Positions 25,719 through 36,519 of a stretch of DNA of 64,000 nt are shown here, in pieces (position 1 is the stretch's first letter; every line of letters starts with the position of its first letter). This DNA comes from Minisyncoccota bacterium (GTDB lineage Bacteria > Patescibacteriota > Minisyncoccia > Phycocordibacterales > JABAAK01): positions 259,903 to 323,902 of the forward strand of contig OY764332.1 in NCBI GenBank assembly GCA_963668425.1, written 5' to 3'. Below the pieces are notes generated by a model. That model saw nothing but the letters and a program-made list of their open reading frames with translations. It made no database searches and was not told where the DNA came from. The translations under genes were made by a program, and so were the position numbers.

Positions 25719-27878
25719 ATGAAACATCTTGTGATTGTTGAGTCCCCTACAAAAGTTAAAACTATACAGCAATATCTCGGCAAGGACTATGCTGTTATTG
25801 CATCAGTTGGTCATATTCGTGACCTGCCGAAGAGTGAAAAAGATGCTGTAGACATTGAAGGCGGATTTGCGCCAAAATATATCATTAGCGCTGATAAGAA
25901 AAAGGTGGTGAATGCTATTGTGAAGCAGGCGGATGCTGCTGATCATGTTATCCTTGCCACCGACCCTGACCGCGAAGGGGAGGCAATCGCTTGGCACATT
26001 CAACAGGCAGCAAAGCTTAAAGACCCTGACCGCATTGTTTTTAATGAAATTACTAAGGATGCGGTACAGGAAGCATTGCGACATCCACGCAAAATAGATG
26101 AGTCATTGCGCAAGTCGCAGGAAGCTCGTCGCGTGCTGGATCGTCTTTTCGGATACACTCTCAGCAAGCTCATTTGGACAAAGGTGCGCTATGGTCTTTC
26201 GGCGGGACGTGTGCAGTCCCCCGCTCTTCGTATTTTGCTGGAACGTGAGCGTGAGATTAGAAAATTTAAGCCGGTTACGTATTGGGAACTGGGAAGTGTT
26301 TTTAAGCGAGATGACGGCACTGAACATATTGCTGAATGTGAGAAGATCTTTGAGGATAAGAAAGAGGTTGCCGCTATCCTTGCACAAGCAAAAAAATCTC
26401 GCTGGACAGTTGCTGATATACAGGAGAAGACACAAAAACGAAACCCGCGTGCGCCGTTTACCACCTCAACCCTGCAGCAGGCGGCAAATACGGTATACGG
26501 CTGGTCTCCTTCTAATACTATGCGTGTTGCCCAAAAATTATATGAAGCAGGGCAGATCACGTACATGCGCACGGACTCAACCAATCTTTCTAAGACCGCG
26601 CACGCTGCTATTAAAAAACGTATTGTGAATGAGTATGGTGACAGGTATTATAAACAGACCTTTTACAAGACAAAGAGTAAGGCGGCACAGGAAGCACATG
26701 AGGCGATCCGACCGACTAACCTTACTAACCTGTTCTGTGGTGTTACTAAGGAGCAAAAAGTGCTTTACGAACTTATTTTCAGAAGGACTGTTGCTAGTCA
26801 GATGATCCCTGCGGAGATGCTTCGCACTGTTGTGTCATTTCAGGCGGATGCCATACCGTTGTTTTTGATTCGTGGTGTTACTATTAAAGAAGAGGGGTGG
26901 TTTAAGGCAGATCCGCACGCGGTCGGGCAGGAGGTGCTACTACCTTCTTTTCAAAAAAATGAGCAGGTTATTTGTACTGATATTCAGTCAATAGAAAAAC
27001 AAACATCTCCGCCGCCACGTTACTCGGAAGCTGGTTTGGTGAAAGAGCTGGAGGCGCGTGGTATCGGTAGACCTTCTACCTATGCCTCCACTATCCAAAC
27101 ACTTGTGAGCCGGCAGTATGTTGAGAAGGAGCAGCGGGCGTTGATGCCGACTGATCTTGGTGATGTAGTGAGTAGTTTTGTGGAGCGAAACTTTGAAACC
27201 TATATCAGTGATTCGTTCACTGCTGATATGGAACAAATACTTGATGACATTGCCTCTGGTACTAAAGAGTATGAAAGCACACTTACTGATTTTTACTTTC
27301 CATTTCGTGATGCAGTGGAAGCAAAGAAAGATGTGCCAAAATTGACCTCTCTTGGTCCAGCGCCAAAAGATTTTCCCTGTCCGGTTTGTGATGCACCGAT
27401 GGAGTTTAAGCTTTCAAAGACCGGCACTTTTATGAGCTGTACAAAGTTTCCTGAGTGCCAAGGGGGGCGCACTAAAGAAGGTGAGGAGATTAAACCACCA
27501 ACACCGATTGGCAAGCCGTGCCCTGAGTGTGGAGAGCCGCTGGTATCCCGTACTGGACGATTTGGTGACTTTGTCAGCTGTCAATCGTATCCCAAGTGCA
27601 AACATATTGAAGAAGATCCTGAGGAGAAGAAGCGTCGTGATACTGGTGTGCAATGTAATACATGCAAACAGGGGACTATTATAGAGCGACAAGGTCGTTT
27701 CGGTCCGTTTTGGGGATGTTCAGAATACCCAAAATGCAAGAATACCATGCGCGCAAAACCTACTGGAGACAAGTGTCCGGAATGTGGCGCGCTTATGATG
27801 GAGGGCACTAAAACTATTCCCGATCGTTGCTCTGTTAAAACTTGTCCGATGCATAATCCTCACAAGTTGGATAAGTAA
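25719..27878 (+). CDS. topA: DNA topoisomerase I with C-terminal zinc-ribbon repeats
   Basis: TOPRIM N-terminus (IVESPTKVKTI...GHIRDLP), active-site region, and four C4 zinc-finger repeats (CPVCDAPM..., CPECGEPL...). Confidence 0.9.
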   Translation: MKHLVIVESPTKVKTIQQYLGKDYAVIASVGHIRDLPKSEKDAVDIEGGFAPKYIISADKKKVVNAIVKQADAADHVILATDPDREGEAIAWHIQQAAKLKDPDRIVFNEITKDAVQEALRHPRKIDESLRKSQEARRVLDRLFGYTLSKLIWTKVRYGLSAGRVQSPALRILLEREREIRKFKPVTYWELGSVFKRDDGTEHIAECEKIFEDKKEVAAILAQAKKSRWTVADIQEKTQKRNPRAPFTTSTLQQAANTVYGWSPSNTMRVAQKLYEAGQITYMRTDSTNLSKTAHAAIKKRIVNEYGDRYYKQTFYKTKSKAAQEAHEAIRPTNLTNLFCGVTKEQKVLYELIFRRTVASQMIPAEMLRTVVSFQADAIPLFLIRGVTIKEEGWFKADPHAVGQEVLLPSFQKNEQVICTDIQSIEKQTSPPPRYSEAGLVKELEARGIGRPSTYASTIQTLVSRQYVEKEQRALMPTDLGDVVSSFVERNFETYISDSFTADMEQILDDIASGTKEYESTLTDFYFPFRDAVEAKKDVPKLTSLGPAPKDFPCPVCDAPMEFKLSKTGTFMSCTKFPECQGGRTKEGEEIKPPTPIGKPCPECGEPLVSRTGRFGDFVSCQSYPKCKHIEEDPEEKKRRDTGVQCNTCKQGTIIERQGRFGPFWGCSEYPKCKNTMRAKPTGDKCPECGALMMEGTKTIPDRCSVKTCPMHNPHKLDK

Positions 27879-28030
27879 CTTGCGTGCTTCTTCACAGTAT
27901 GTGCTACACTGGCAGTGAAAGTTGTTGAGGAGGTGTTTTAATTGGCTTTGACCTTATTGGTTGTTTCTGTTGTTTATTATATTTTGTGTCGATCTCTTAA
28001 TTGACGTTGCAAAAAAGAGTAGGGGGAGGT

Positions 28031-28171
28031 ATGCTGGTTATCACTGTTTCTATAGCAACAGTTTGTTTTATTGTAATCGTATCGCAAGTGCTATACAAGG
28101 TGCGGAACAGGTGGAACAAAAAGTTTGTAAAAAAGAGAGTTGGTAAACTGAAAAACAAAAGCCCCAAGTAA
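28031..28171 (+). CDS. Possible small membrane protein (46 aa) with a strong SD (GGGGGAGG); its stop lies inside the terminator stem
   Basis: SD 5 nt upstream of the ATG. One hydrophobic helix plus a basic tail. Not in the supplied ORF track (too short). Confidence 0.3.
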   Translation: MLVITVSIATVCFIVIVSQVLYKVRNRWNKKFVKKRVGKLKNKSPK

Positions 28172-28181
28172 GGGGCTTTTC
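28157..28181 (+). terminator. Rho-independent terminator (gcccc aagtaa ggggc plus TTTT) after topA and the small ORF
   Basis: GC hairpin plus T-run. A second, bidirectional hairpin lies at about 28249..28280 (aaaaaagccacc...ggtggcttttt). Confidence 0.55.
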
Positions 28182-28320
28182 ATTGTGTGTATGTGTTTGA
28201 TGCAAGGTGCCGACTATACCTACACTTTACATTTACTACCATTATGAAAAAAGCCACCTTTTTGTTGGTGGCTTTTTGTGTTAGTGTGTAGAACATTGTC
28301 CTCTTGATTGTAAATACGAC

Positions 28321-28632
28321 CTAATGGGACTTGTAGTATCTCCCCCCTGTCCTTGCCTCCTGGCGCTTCTGGCGTAACAGCAACAACTGAAATGCGTAGA
28401 TTCGGTTGCTAATAGATGTCTTTTCTGACTCAATCTCATACGGTGTCTTTCCCATATCTAACTCAACAGCCACAAGTAGCGACTGCAATCTGGCTATTTC
28501 CGCCTCCAAGTCAGTAATGACATACCTGGCGCTGTTCTTTTCAGCAATTGTATTTGTCTTGACTGTTGTAACACCACAGCCAGAAACCAAAATGACGATT
28601 AGCACTGCCAATGGCAGAAAAATGTACCGCAT
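28321..28632 (-). CDS. Small lipoprotein (likely start MRYIFLPLAVLIVILVSGCG)
   Basis: Lipobox LVSGC after a hydrophobic h-region. No other homology recognized. Confidence 0.4.
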   Translation of the reverse strand: MRYIFLPLAVLIVILVSGCGVTTVKTNTIAEKNSARYVITDLEAEIARLQSLLVAVELDMGKTPYEIESEKTSISNRIYAFQLLLLRQKRQEARTGGRYYKSH

Positions 28633-28875
28633 TTTTTTCACCTCCATTAAAGAGATTACTATGGAACATTGACTGTTTTTATTGTACCACATAATGCGTC
28701 GTGAACACACTACTATTTGTTGCCGTCTATACTACACCGCCTACAGTGAGTTCCTTGGCACTGAAGCCACTGTCGCGTTTTCTTTGCTATATCCTGTGCG
28801 TTATCTTTGTCAGAGCCAACCCAAAGACAGCATGGATTCACACAGCATGTAAATGCATAGTAAAAGATGTGTGTA

Positions 28876-29220
28876 TTATTCCTGCTCTATGACGTTGAAT
28901 CGTATTTCATTTTTTGAAAATGGTTTGTTTTTGTTCGGTGATAACTCAACACCACGCAATTCAATCTTTTTCAGTCGATCAACTGCTGTTGTGCCGGTGT
29001 TTTCTGAGTCATACATTTGTTTTTGTGTGTGTGTTTGTAAATTTTCCAGTTGTGCTTCAACATATGTCTTCTCGTTGTGTGTACTTTTCAATCTTTCTTG
29101 TGCCGCACGGTAAACAAAAAATGATTTTTGTAGGTGTAGTATACTCACCGAAGTGAAGAGCAGTAACACAAAACCAAGCCCCCAAAACAAAAACAATTTT
29201 TTACCCTTTTTCCTCTTCAT
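28876..29220 (-). CDS. Membrane-anchored coiled-coil protein, possibly FtsB/DivIC-like septum initiator
   Basis: N-terminal TM helix followed by a heptad-like segment (AAQERLKSTHNEKTYVEAQLENLQ). About 100 aa, as for FtsB. Confidence 0.35.
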   Translation of the reverse strand: MKRKKGKKLFLFWGLGFVLLLFTSVSILHLQKSFFVYRAAQERLKSTHNEKTYVEAQLENLQTHTQKQMYDSENTGTTAVDRLKKIELRGVELSPNKNKPFSKNEIRFNVIEQE

Positions 29221-29540
29221 GCGCCTATGTAGTAGTATATACTTATAGTAATATGGCTAAAAAAATGAACTATATGAGGCGACAGGCGCATGCGTTGAAG
29301 AGTTTGCTGACAAGACGTGTTGATCTGTTTTCTTCTTTGCGGGGCGTATTACCTTCGGTGTTTTTTAAGGAGATTACGTATCTCCCTTACCTCAAAAAAA
29401 TACCTGTTTTCCTCCTCACTGGTCTTGTTATTGTCTCATTTATTGTTACTTCATTGCCTCATATTTTCCTTGCATAGAGGTGCTGTTTGAAAAAATAAAC
29501 AGGCATACCGTGGTATGCCTGTCTTTGAGATGTGAGGCGC

Positions 29541-30287
29541 TTATTCTATAACGTTGTATGGCTCACCCACCTCGTAAGGTATGCTTAATGTGTTTGATGA
29601 GATCTCATAGTCACCAATTTCTGTCATCAAAACTGCTGCTATGGTGATTTCACTGGATCCTCCTGGGACATATTTTCCAAAGTATATACTCCAAACACTT
29701 TTCATGTTCCCTTTACTTGACCACGTTGCCCATTGGGTATACGTGGCATCATTGACACTTGTTCTATGCTTCAGCCCAAGGGTTCTTCTTGACTCATCGG
29801 ATCTTTCAAAATAGATATCAATTCCGTCTGTGTATTCATTGATTGCAAATCCATGAATACCGGGGGCTGGGATTTTTTTGAATTCTTCTACATGCTCTCC
29901 CAGAGTGTACTCTGGGGATGTCCAGTAGAAATCATACACTAATCCTGACTTAATGTCATTGACATTAGCCACAGCAAGATAAAAGCGTTTTATTTTCTCA
30001 CCCTTGGAGAACCACTCTGGCTCCCTCTGAATCAAGGTACCGCCCTGTGCTGTCAGAATGACAATCTCTGGGTTTCCGGACTCATCGGCGAAACGCTCCA
30101 TCATATCCACTGTTCCCATGTGTTCAGGGATCATAAGCTGGTCGCTCTCATAGATATGCGACCTTTCTATATGTGTCATGAAAACATCCTGAACCGGGTT
30201 GGAAACTCCATCACACCCAATAACAATAATGGTTGCGAGAAACATAATTCCTAATGCAATGTGCTCAAAGATACGTATATTCTTCAT
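29541..30287 (-). CDS. Lipoprotein of unknown function (248 aa)
   Basis: Signal sequence with lipobox VIGCDG. Confidence 0.45.
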   Translation of the reverse strand: MKNIRIFEHIALGIMFLATIIVIGCDGVSNPVQDVFMTHIERSHIYESDQLMIPEHMGTVDMMERFADESGNPEIVILTAQGGTLIQREPEWFSKGEKIKRFYLAVANVNDIKSGLVYDFYWTSPEYTLGEHVEEFKKIPAPGIHGFAINEYTDGIDIYFERSDESRRTLGLKHRTSVNDATYTQWATWSSKGNMKSVWSIYFGKYVPGGSSEITIAAVLMTEIGDYEISSNTLSIPYEVGEPYNVIE

Positions 30288-30524
30288 TTCTATCTCCTTA
30301 AGAATATGGCACTATTGTGCCGCTAGGGTTAGTAAAAAGGTACGTGCAGAATTATTTTTATACACCCCTTTAAACTGTAAAGGTTACCATTACTATACCG
30401 TTCAAACTCATATGAGTCAACTCTCTCTCTAACATATCTTGTAAAATAAGGTTTTTTTGGAAAATATTCATTAATGAGTAAGATGCTGATCTTGCTGATA
30501 CGGTGTGTTTTCTAAGGTGGTTTG

Positions 30525-32282
30525 TTATGGATATATGGTGTTTTTCTCGTTTAGTATGCGTACGCATTCGTTACTATCTACTACTTGTTTTTTGTCATCC
30601 ATCTCAAGGGTTACTGTGTTATCTGCGACTTCTTTTTTTCCGATAACCACCCGAGTTGGAACTTTTTCTGCGTGTGCTCGTGCGATTTTTTTGCCAATGC
30701 TTTCATTTCGCTTGTCAATTGCCGCGCGCAATCCTGCGGTGCGTAGTGTATCTACTACTTTTTGTGCATACTGATGCTCATCTGCACCGATTGGTAGTAC
30801 TAGTACCTGTACTGGGCATAGAAAGAACGGAAAGTTTCCGGCAAAATGCTCTATCATGATACTCAAGAACCGTTCTAATGATCCAGAAATGGCACGATGT
30901 ATCATTACTGGTGTTTTCTTTTTGCCATCAGAATCGGTATATGTTAATCCAAACCTCTCAGGCATTACAAAATCAAGCTGCACTGTTGCTAGTTGTCGTT
31001 TTCTTCCGAGCGAATCACGAAAATGAAAATCAATTTTCGGTCCGTAGAATGCTGCTTCGCCTTTTTCAACGGCATAGGTTACTTTTGCCTCCCGCAATGC
31101 ACTCTCTAGCACTTTTTCTGCCTGATCCCATATTGCATCAGCACCGAGATACTTTGTTTTATCTTCACCACGCACTGACAGGAACACCTCACAATCATCT
31201 CCTTTGAAAAATCCAAGTGCGGTATAGAATTCAATGATGAGAGCGATGGTTTGAGATACCTCTTCGGCGATTTGATCTTTTGTGCAAAAAATATGCCCAT
31301 CATCCTGGGTGATACTTAACACTCGTGACAAGCCGAGTAGCTCACCTTTCTGTTCGTCACGATACACGGTAGTAAACTCTGCGTATCGTACTGGTAGGTC
31401 GTGATAACTTTTTGGTGTTGACGCATATATTTGTGTATGATGTGGGCAATTCATTGGCTTCATCACAAACTCTTCGTTTTTTCCGCGCACTTTAAATAAT
31501 TCATCTTCAAATTTTTCCCAATGCCCTGATGTTTTGTAAAGATCGGGTTTTGCTATGTGTGGTATCCATACTTTTTCATACCCATATTTGTCCAGCAATT
31601 GTGATAGTGCATTTTCAAGTGCGGCTCGTAGTGCCGCACCCTTTGGGGTGAATAATGGCAACCCCGCCCCGACCAATGGTGAGAAAGAAAATAGCCCTAA
31701 CTCTTTACCAATTTTTCGATGATCCCGCTCTTTTGCCATCTCTAACATTGCCTTGTGTGCGTCCAGTTCTTTCTTGGAGTCAAATGCCAGACCATATATT
31801 CGTGTTACCATCTTGTTTTTCTCATCACCCCTCCAATATGCCCCTGCGACGGCATTGAGGGTAAACCCATCCAGCGCTACCTCTTTCATGTCTTTTACAT
31901 GTCCGCCGCCACAAAGATCAATGAATTCACCTGATTGATATAGGGTGATTTCCTGTCCTTCGTTGGCAAATTGCTCAATGAGTTCGCTTTTATAAGGGTT
32001 GTCTTTGAAGTGCGCCAATGCTTCCTTTTTTGATACAACCTTTTTTTCAAAAGACGACCACTCTTTTACTAATTCTCGCATTTTTTTTTCTATCGTCGGC
32101 AAATCATCGGTAGATATTGTCGTCGGTATTTCCGCATCGTAGTAAAATCCATCATCTATTGCGGGTCCAATGGCTAATTTTGTGTCAGGATAGAGCGCAA
32201 TCAGTGATGCGCCGAGTAGATGTGCTAATGAATGTCGTTTTCGCACCAATGCATCATCTTTGCTGTTCATATAGTTTAGCAT
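30525..32282 (-). CDS. thrS: Threonine--tRNA ligase, short form lacking N-terminal TGS/editing domains. The annotated upstream start at 32432 would overlap uvrC by about 120 bp, so an internal Met at about 32282 is more likely
   Basis: Class II core motifs (HRKIGKELGLF, FTTVYRDEQKGELLGLSRVLSITQDDGHIF) and a C-terminal anticodon-binding domain. Confidence 0.85.
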   Translation of the reverse strand: MLNYMNSKDDALVRKRHSLAHLLGASLIALYPDTKLAIGPAIDDGFYYDAEIPTTISTDDLPTIEKKMRELVKEWSSFEKKVVSKKEALAHFKDNPYKSELIEQFANEGQEITLYQSGEFIDLCGGGHVKDMKEVALDGFTLNAVAGAYWRGDEKNKMVTRIYGLAFDSKKELDAHKAMLEMAKERDHRKIGKELGLFSFSPLVGAGLPLFTPKGAALRAALENALSQLLDKYGYEKVWIPHIAKPDLYKTSGHWEKFEDELFKVRGKNEEFVMKPMNCPHHTQIYASTPKSYHDLPVRYAEFTTVYRDEQKGELLGLSRVLSITQDDGHIFCTKDQIAEEVSQTIALIIEFYTALGFFKGDDCEVFLSVRGEDKTKYLGADAIWDQAEKVLESALREAKVTYAVEKGEAAFYGPKIDFHFRDSLGRKRQLATVQLDFVMPERFGLTYTDSDGKKKTPVMIHRAISGSLERFLSIMIEHFAGNFPFFLCPVQVLVLPIGADEHQYAQKVVDTLRTAGLRAAIDKRNESIGKKIARAHAEKVPTRVVIGKKEVADNTVTLEMDDKKQVVDSNECVRILNEKNTIYP

Positions 32283-32313
32283 ACCACATTTCAAAAAATG
32301 ACTTTTGCTTTTT

Positions 32314-33558
32314 TTATGTAAACATCGCCTTAGATCTTTTTCTCTTATGTCGTGCGGTAGCGAAGCGGTGTGCTTCGGCATTTGCCGTGATAATTTCTTT
32401 TTCATGTGCTTGCGTATACTCTGTTGGACCAAGAACCTCTCTTGGTGTGTGTTTTTCTGTTTTTACTACCGACACAACTGGAATCTGTATTTCATTACCT
32501 TTTAGTACCGCTTCAGCGGCAGTGATGTGCGTTTTCCCTCCATCAACAACAATAAGGTTTGGCATTTTCCATTCTGGATGCCCAAGTCGTCGTGATAGTA
32601 TTTCTCGTAGCGCTCCGACATCATCACCTTCTGTTGCATTGCGTACTGTAAAAACTCTATATTCGCTCGGTGTTGTTTCGCCATCAACAAGCACCACCAT
32701 CGCTCCGACGGTCTGTGTTCCTGCTGTGTGTGCGATGTCATATGCTTCTATTCGAAATGACGTGTTGTTATTTTCTGTTTCTGTGTTGTCTTTTTTTAAG
32801 AGTGAGACATCCTGTATGTGCTGTAGTGCGAATATGCGTTTCCTTATACTTTCTGCCTCTTCAAATTCTTGCTTTTGCGCATATTGCTTCATATCTTTCT
32901 CCAACATTCTGATTAATTGCTTTTTTTTGCCGCCTAAAAACAAACGTATCTCCCTTATCCGTTTTTTGTATCCTTCTTTATCCATTGTCCCGTCGCAGAC
33001 ACTGGGGCATAGCCCTATTTGTGCTTGGAAACATTTTTTCTGTTGTTTCTTTCTTTGTGGATTGTATGATGCACACTTGTCATGAAATGGCAGTATTTTA
33101 CGCAGGATGCGGAGCGCTTCTTTTAGGATCGCACCCTTTGGGAATGGTCCGAAAATATCTGAAAATGTTGCCTCTATTGTCCCCTGCTCTAATTCTCGTC
33201 CTCGTATTACTAGTACGCGCGGAAAGTCCTCCTTTGTAATGCCAATAAATTGAAAGCTTTTGTTATCTTTATCAATCACATTAAACGTCGGCTGGTATTT
33301 TTTGATCAGATTTGCTTCTAGAATATATGCTTCAAGCACACTGTCGGTTTCTATTGTTTCTATGTGCTTTGTCTGTTTTACCGCCTCTGTTAGTCGCTGG
33401 CCTCTGTCAACAGCTAATCTATCAGAAAAATAGCTTCGTACCCTGCTTCGCAAATCAGTTGCTCGTCCCACATACAGCACGATATTTTTTGTGCTGCGAA
33501 ATATATATACTCCTGGCACTTCTGGCATTGCCTTAAGATTGCTATCTTCCCGCTTCAT
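32314..33558 (-). CDS. uvrC: UvrC-like excinuclease subunit (GIY-YIG, UvrBC-interaction and RNase-H-like endonuclease domains; no C-terminal HhH)
   Basis: GIY-YIG (PGVYIFRS...LYVGRATDLRSRVRSY), a Cys-rich region after it, and the C-terminal motif NLIVVDGGKTHI. At 414 aa it is shorter than canonical UvrC. Confidence 0.7.
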   Translation of the reverse strand: MKREDSNLKAMPEVPGVYIFRSTKNIVLYVGRATDLRSRVRSYFSDRLAVDRGQRLTEAVKQTKHIETIETDSVLEAYILEANLIKKYQPTFNVIDKDNKSFQFIGITKEDFPRVLVIRGRELEQGTIEATFSDIFGPFPKGAILKEALRILRKILPFHDKCASYNPQRKKQQKKCFQAQIGLCPSVCDGTMDKEGYKKRIREIRLFLGGKKKQLIRMLEKDMKQYAQKQEFEEAESIRKRIFALQHIQDVSLLKKDNTETENNNTSFRIEAYDIAHTAGTQTVGAMVVLVDGETTPSEYRVFTVRNATEGDDVGALREILSRRLGHPEWKMPNLIVVDGGKTHITAAEAVLKGNEIQIPVVSVVKTEKHTPREVLGPTEYTQAHEKEIITANAEAHRFATARHKRKRSKAMFT

Positions 33559-33611
33559 ATAGCTATATAGTACATAGAAAATGGTGGTATTCAGAAGGTG
33601 ATATTCGGCGA

Positions 33612-36377
33612 CTACATCAACTGCTCTCTCGGAGAGGCATACTTTTCTCTCAGTAATATCTTTTTAATGATCTCTATTACGGTGATATGGTAGAATGCAC
33701 TGATTGGTATTACCCAGAAAACCCAGGTTGGTACCGGCACCACTTTCAGTACGGCAGCAAGTGGCGGTACCGCAAAGACAATCCCGAGTAGTAGTATGCT
33801 GATGACAATAGCGGCAATAAGCCATTTATTGTCAAGCAGATTGGTGGTGAAGATGCTTTTATTCAGTCGCTTGAGTGATATTGCCATAAATACAGAATCA
33901 ATGGAAACGGTTAAAAACATTACGGTTTGTACTTGTTCGTGTGAGAGAGTGGTGAACTTGTCCAGAAATATGTACATGCCAAATAAAAACAATCCGGTCA
34001 TGATGGCAATGATGATGATAGAGTGTTTGATATTTTTGCTTATGATATTCCCCTTCGGATCATTTTTCGTATCATATTTTATACTACCTGTATCTCCTTT
34101 TTCAAAAGCAAAGGAAAATGCCATAAATGCTTCCTCTATGATGTTTGCCCACAATATTTGTATAGGATGTATCGGCAGTACTGCGGTTGCTAGCAAACCA
34201 CCTGCTACTAAAATTGCTTCACTGAATGAAGTTGAAAGTAAATAGATTAAAATCTTTTTTAGATTTCCTATAATCTTTTTTCCTTCAAGTATGGATGCGG
34301 TGATAGTGGAGAAGGAGTTTTTAAGTAGAATTAGATCGGATGCCTCTTTCGCTACATCAGTCCCTGATGCAACTGCTATACCTATAGATGCTCGGTGCAA
34401 TGATGGTGCATCATTTACCCCATCGCCGGTCATGGCAACCACTTCCTTTCGGTCTAATAATACCCGCAGTAGGCGTGATTTTTGGTCTGGTGCCATGCGC
34501 GCAAATACCCGTACCGTTCTTGCTTTTGCAAACAATTCTTCATCAGATAGACCTTCCACATCCTCTCCAGTGAGTGTTTCTTGTGAGTCACCCGTGCTAA
34601 TGATGCCTGCCTTCTGAGCAATATGTAGTGCGGTGTATTGGTTGTCGCCAGTTACCATCGTGAGTGTTACGTGTGAGCTGCGAATTTGTCGTATTGCATC
34701 TGGTACGTCAGCACGTACTGTATCTTCTAAAGATAGCATTGCCAGAAATGCAATGTTGTGATTATCCTGCTCAACGACTGACTGTGTTTGTTCTTTTGTA
34801 TCCGCTACATTGTCTGTGCCGGTCTCTATTTTTGCGGAACCGATGGCAATGACCCGTCGCCCCTTCCCTGCTTCTTCAGCAAGTGTTGTTTGTAACTTTT
34901 TTCTATCTGTATCTGTTAGTGTCACCACCTTTCCCTGTTTATGTACTCTTTCTGATTGTTTAAGCACCACTTCTGGTGCTCCAATTATGTAATAATACTG
35001 TTCTCCGCTTTGTTCTTTGGTGATTGCACAGGAGTATTTTTTTATGGAAGTAAACGGTACATATGCGACTCGTTTATCTCGACTTGGTGTTTCTGTGCAC
35101 ACTGCTTCGCATGCCCGCACTAATGCCTGCTCAATAGCTGTTCCACTGAATACAATTTCATCTGAATCTGTATCTTCATGGCTGTGTTTGCGGTCAAGGC
35201 GTCTGCCATCTGTGGTCAAAAAGGCATTGTGTACAATACCCCGTCCGAATGATGAAATTGTCTCATCCGAAACCTCCTCTCGCTTGTCGGCGTAGAGTAT
35301 TTCGGCGAGTACCATGTTTCCATTTGTCAGTGTGCCGGTCTTGTCCATCAATATCCACGATGTTCCGCCGAGTGTTTCAGCTGCGAGCATGTTTCGTACT
35401 AATCCGTTGTTTTGCAGTACTGAGCGCATTCCTAGTACCAGCACTACTGTAATTGCTGCTGGTAAGCCGGATGGAATGCCGGCAATTGCAACGGCGATCG
35501 CGGTAATTATTACTTCGTTAATCTCTATACCCTTCAGCACTCCTATCACAATGATACCTACCACCGCTAAAACTACCAACCCCATGATCCATTGCGCTAA
35601 TTTTTGGATTTGCTGTTGGAGCGGTGTCTTTGCCTCTTCTTCGTATAATTCTTTTGCTATGTTGCCGACTGCAGTTCGCTCGCCAGTATTTACCACAATA
35701 CCACTGCCGTTGCCGGTAATCACTGTCGTCCCCTTCCACGCCATATTTGTTTGCTCCGCGAGCATTTTTTTGTTGGCAAGTGTGATGACCTGCTTATTTA
35801 TCGGCGCCCACTCTCCGGTGAGTATTGATTCATTGATTTGTAAATTATTTTCGCTCAATATTCGTATGTCAGCGGGGATTTTTGATCCGGCTTTAAAGAA
35901 TACAATGTCTCCTGGTACCAGGTTGTTTGCTGCAATTTCTATTTGCTTTCCGTCACGCAATACTGATGCATATTGCCGATCTATCTTTCGCAGCTGCTCA
36001 AATGCTCGTGATACTTTGCCTTCCTGCAAAAAGGCGATTGTTACGTTGATAATCAATACCGCTAGAATGATATATGCATCTGCCGCAAAATCAATGATAT
36101 ATAGCACGACGCTTGCTAGTAGTAAAATTGAGACGATTGGATTTTTGATTTGTGCTATAATTCGTCGTAGTCGCACAAAATACTTCTTACGTTGAATTTT
36201 ATTTTGACCGTATGTTTCTAGTCGTGTGTTTACCTCCTGTTGTGTTAGCCCTTTTTTAGAGGATTTAAATGTTTTCAACACCTCACCTTCTGAGTATTCG
36301 GAAAAATGCCCAGCTTGTGAAGAAATATCTTTACCTGTATGTAATACTGGTTCCACTTTAAGTAGTATACAATACAT
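33612..36377 (-). CDS. P-type cation-transporting ATPase (P2-type, Ca2+/Mg2+-like)
   Basis: Phosphorylation motif DKTGTLT, TGDN (MVTGDNQ) and hinge GDGVNDAP, with 8-10 predicted TM helices. Confidence 0.85.
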   Translation of the reverse strand: MYCILLKVEPVLHTGKDISSQAGHFSEYSEGEVLKTFKSSKKGLTQQEVNTRLETYGQNKIQRKKYFVRLRRIIAQIKNPIVSILLLASVVLYIIDFAADAYIILAVLIINVTIAFLQEGKVSRAFEQLRKIDRQYASVLRDGKQIEIAANNLVPGDIVFFKAGSKIPADIRILSENNLQINESILTGEWAPINKQVITLANKKMLAEQTNMAWKGTTVITGNGSGIVVNTGERTAVGNIAKELYEEEAKTPLQQQIQKLAQWIMGLVVLAVVGIIVIGVLKGIEINEVIITAIAVAIAGIPSGLPAAITVVLVLGMRSVLQNNGLVRNMLAAETLGGTSWILMDKTGTLTNGNMVLAEILYADKREEVSDETISSFGRGIVHNAFLTTDGRRLDRKHSHEDTDSDEIVFSGTAIEQALVRACEAVCTETPSRDKRVAYVPFTSIKKYSCAITKEQSGEQYYYIIGAPEVVLKQSERVHKQGKVVTLTDTDRKKLQTTLAEEAGKGRRVIAIGSAKIETGTDNVADTKEQTQSVVEQDNHNIAFLAMLSLEDTVRADVPDAIRQIRSSHVTLTMVTGDNQYTALHIAQKAGIISTGDSQETLTGEDVEGLSDEELFAKARTVRVFARMAPDQKSRLLRVLLDRKEVVAMTGDGVNDAPSLHRASIGIAVASGTDVAKEASDLILLKNSFSTITASILEGKKIIGNLKKILIYLLSTSFSEAILVAGGLLATAVLPIHPIQILWANIIEEAFMAFSFAFEKGDTGSIKYDTKNDPKGNIISKNIKHSIIIIAIMTGLFLFGMYIFLDKFTTLSHEQVQTVMFLTVSIDSVFMAISLKRLNKSIFTTNLLDNKWLIAAIVISILLLGIVFAVPPLAAVLKVVPVPTWVFWVIPISAFYHITVIEIIKKILLREKYASPREQLM

Positions 36378-36428
36378 GTTGCTTGGTAACGGGGTATACT
36401 ACTGATACACTAATGTTGTGGTGTGTGG

Positions 36429-36519
36429 GAGAGGTGGCTGAGCGGTCGAAGGCGCTCCCCTGCTAAGGGAGTAGGGGGTTTAATAGCCCCCTCGAGGGTT
36501 CGAATCCCTCCCTCTCCGC
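36429..36519 (+). tRNA. tRNA-Ser(GCT), long variable arm
   Basis: Hand-folded cloverleaf: acceptor GGAGAGG/CCTCTCC, anticodon loop CUGCUAA, T-loop GGTTCGAATCC, no encoded CCA. Confidence 0.85.

Noticed and set aside
27961-28146. 61-aa plus-strand ORF after topA
   Set aside because: A different frame from the SD-preceded 46-codon ORF at 28031..28171. It has no RBS, so the shorter SD-linked frame is preferred, itself at low confidence.
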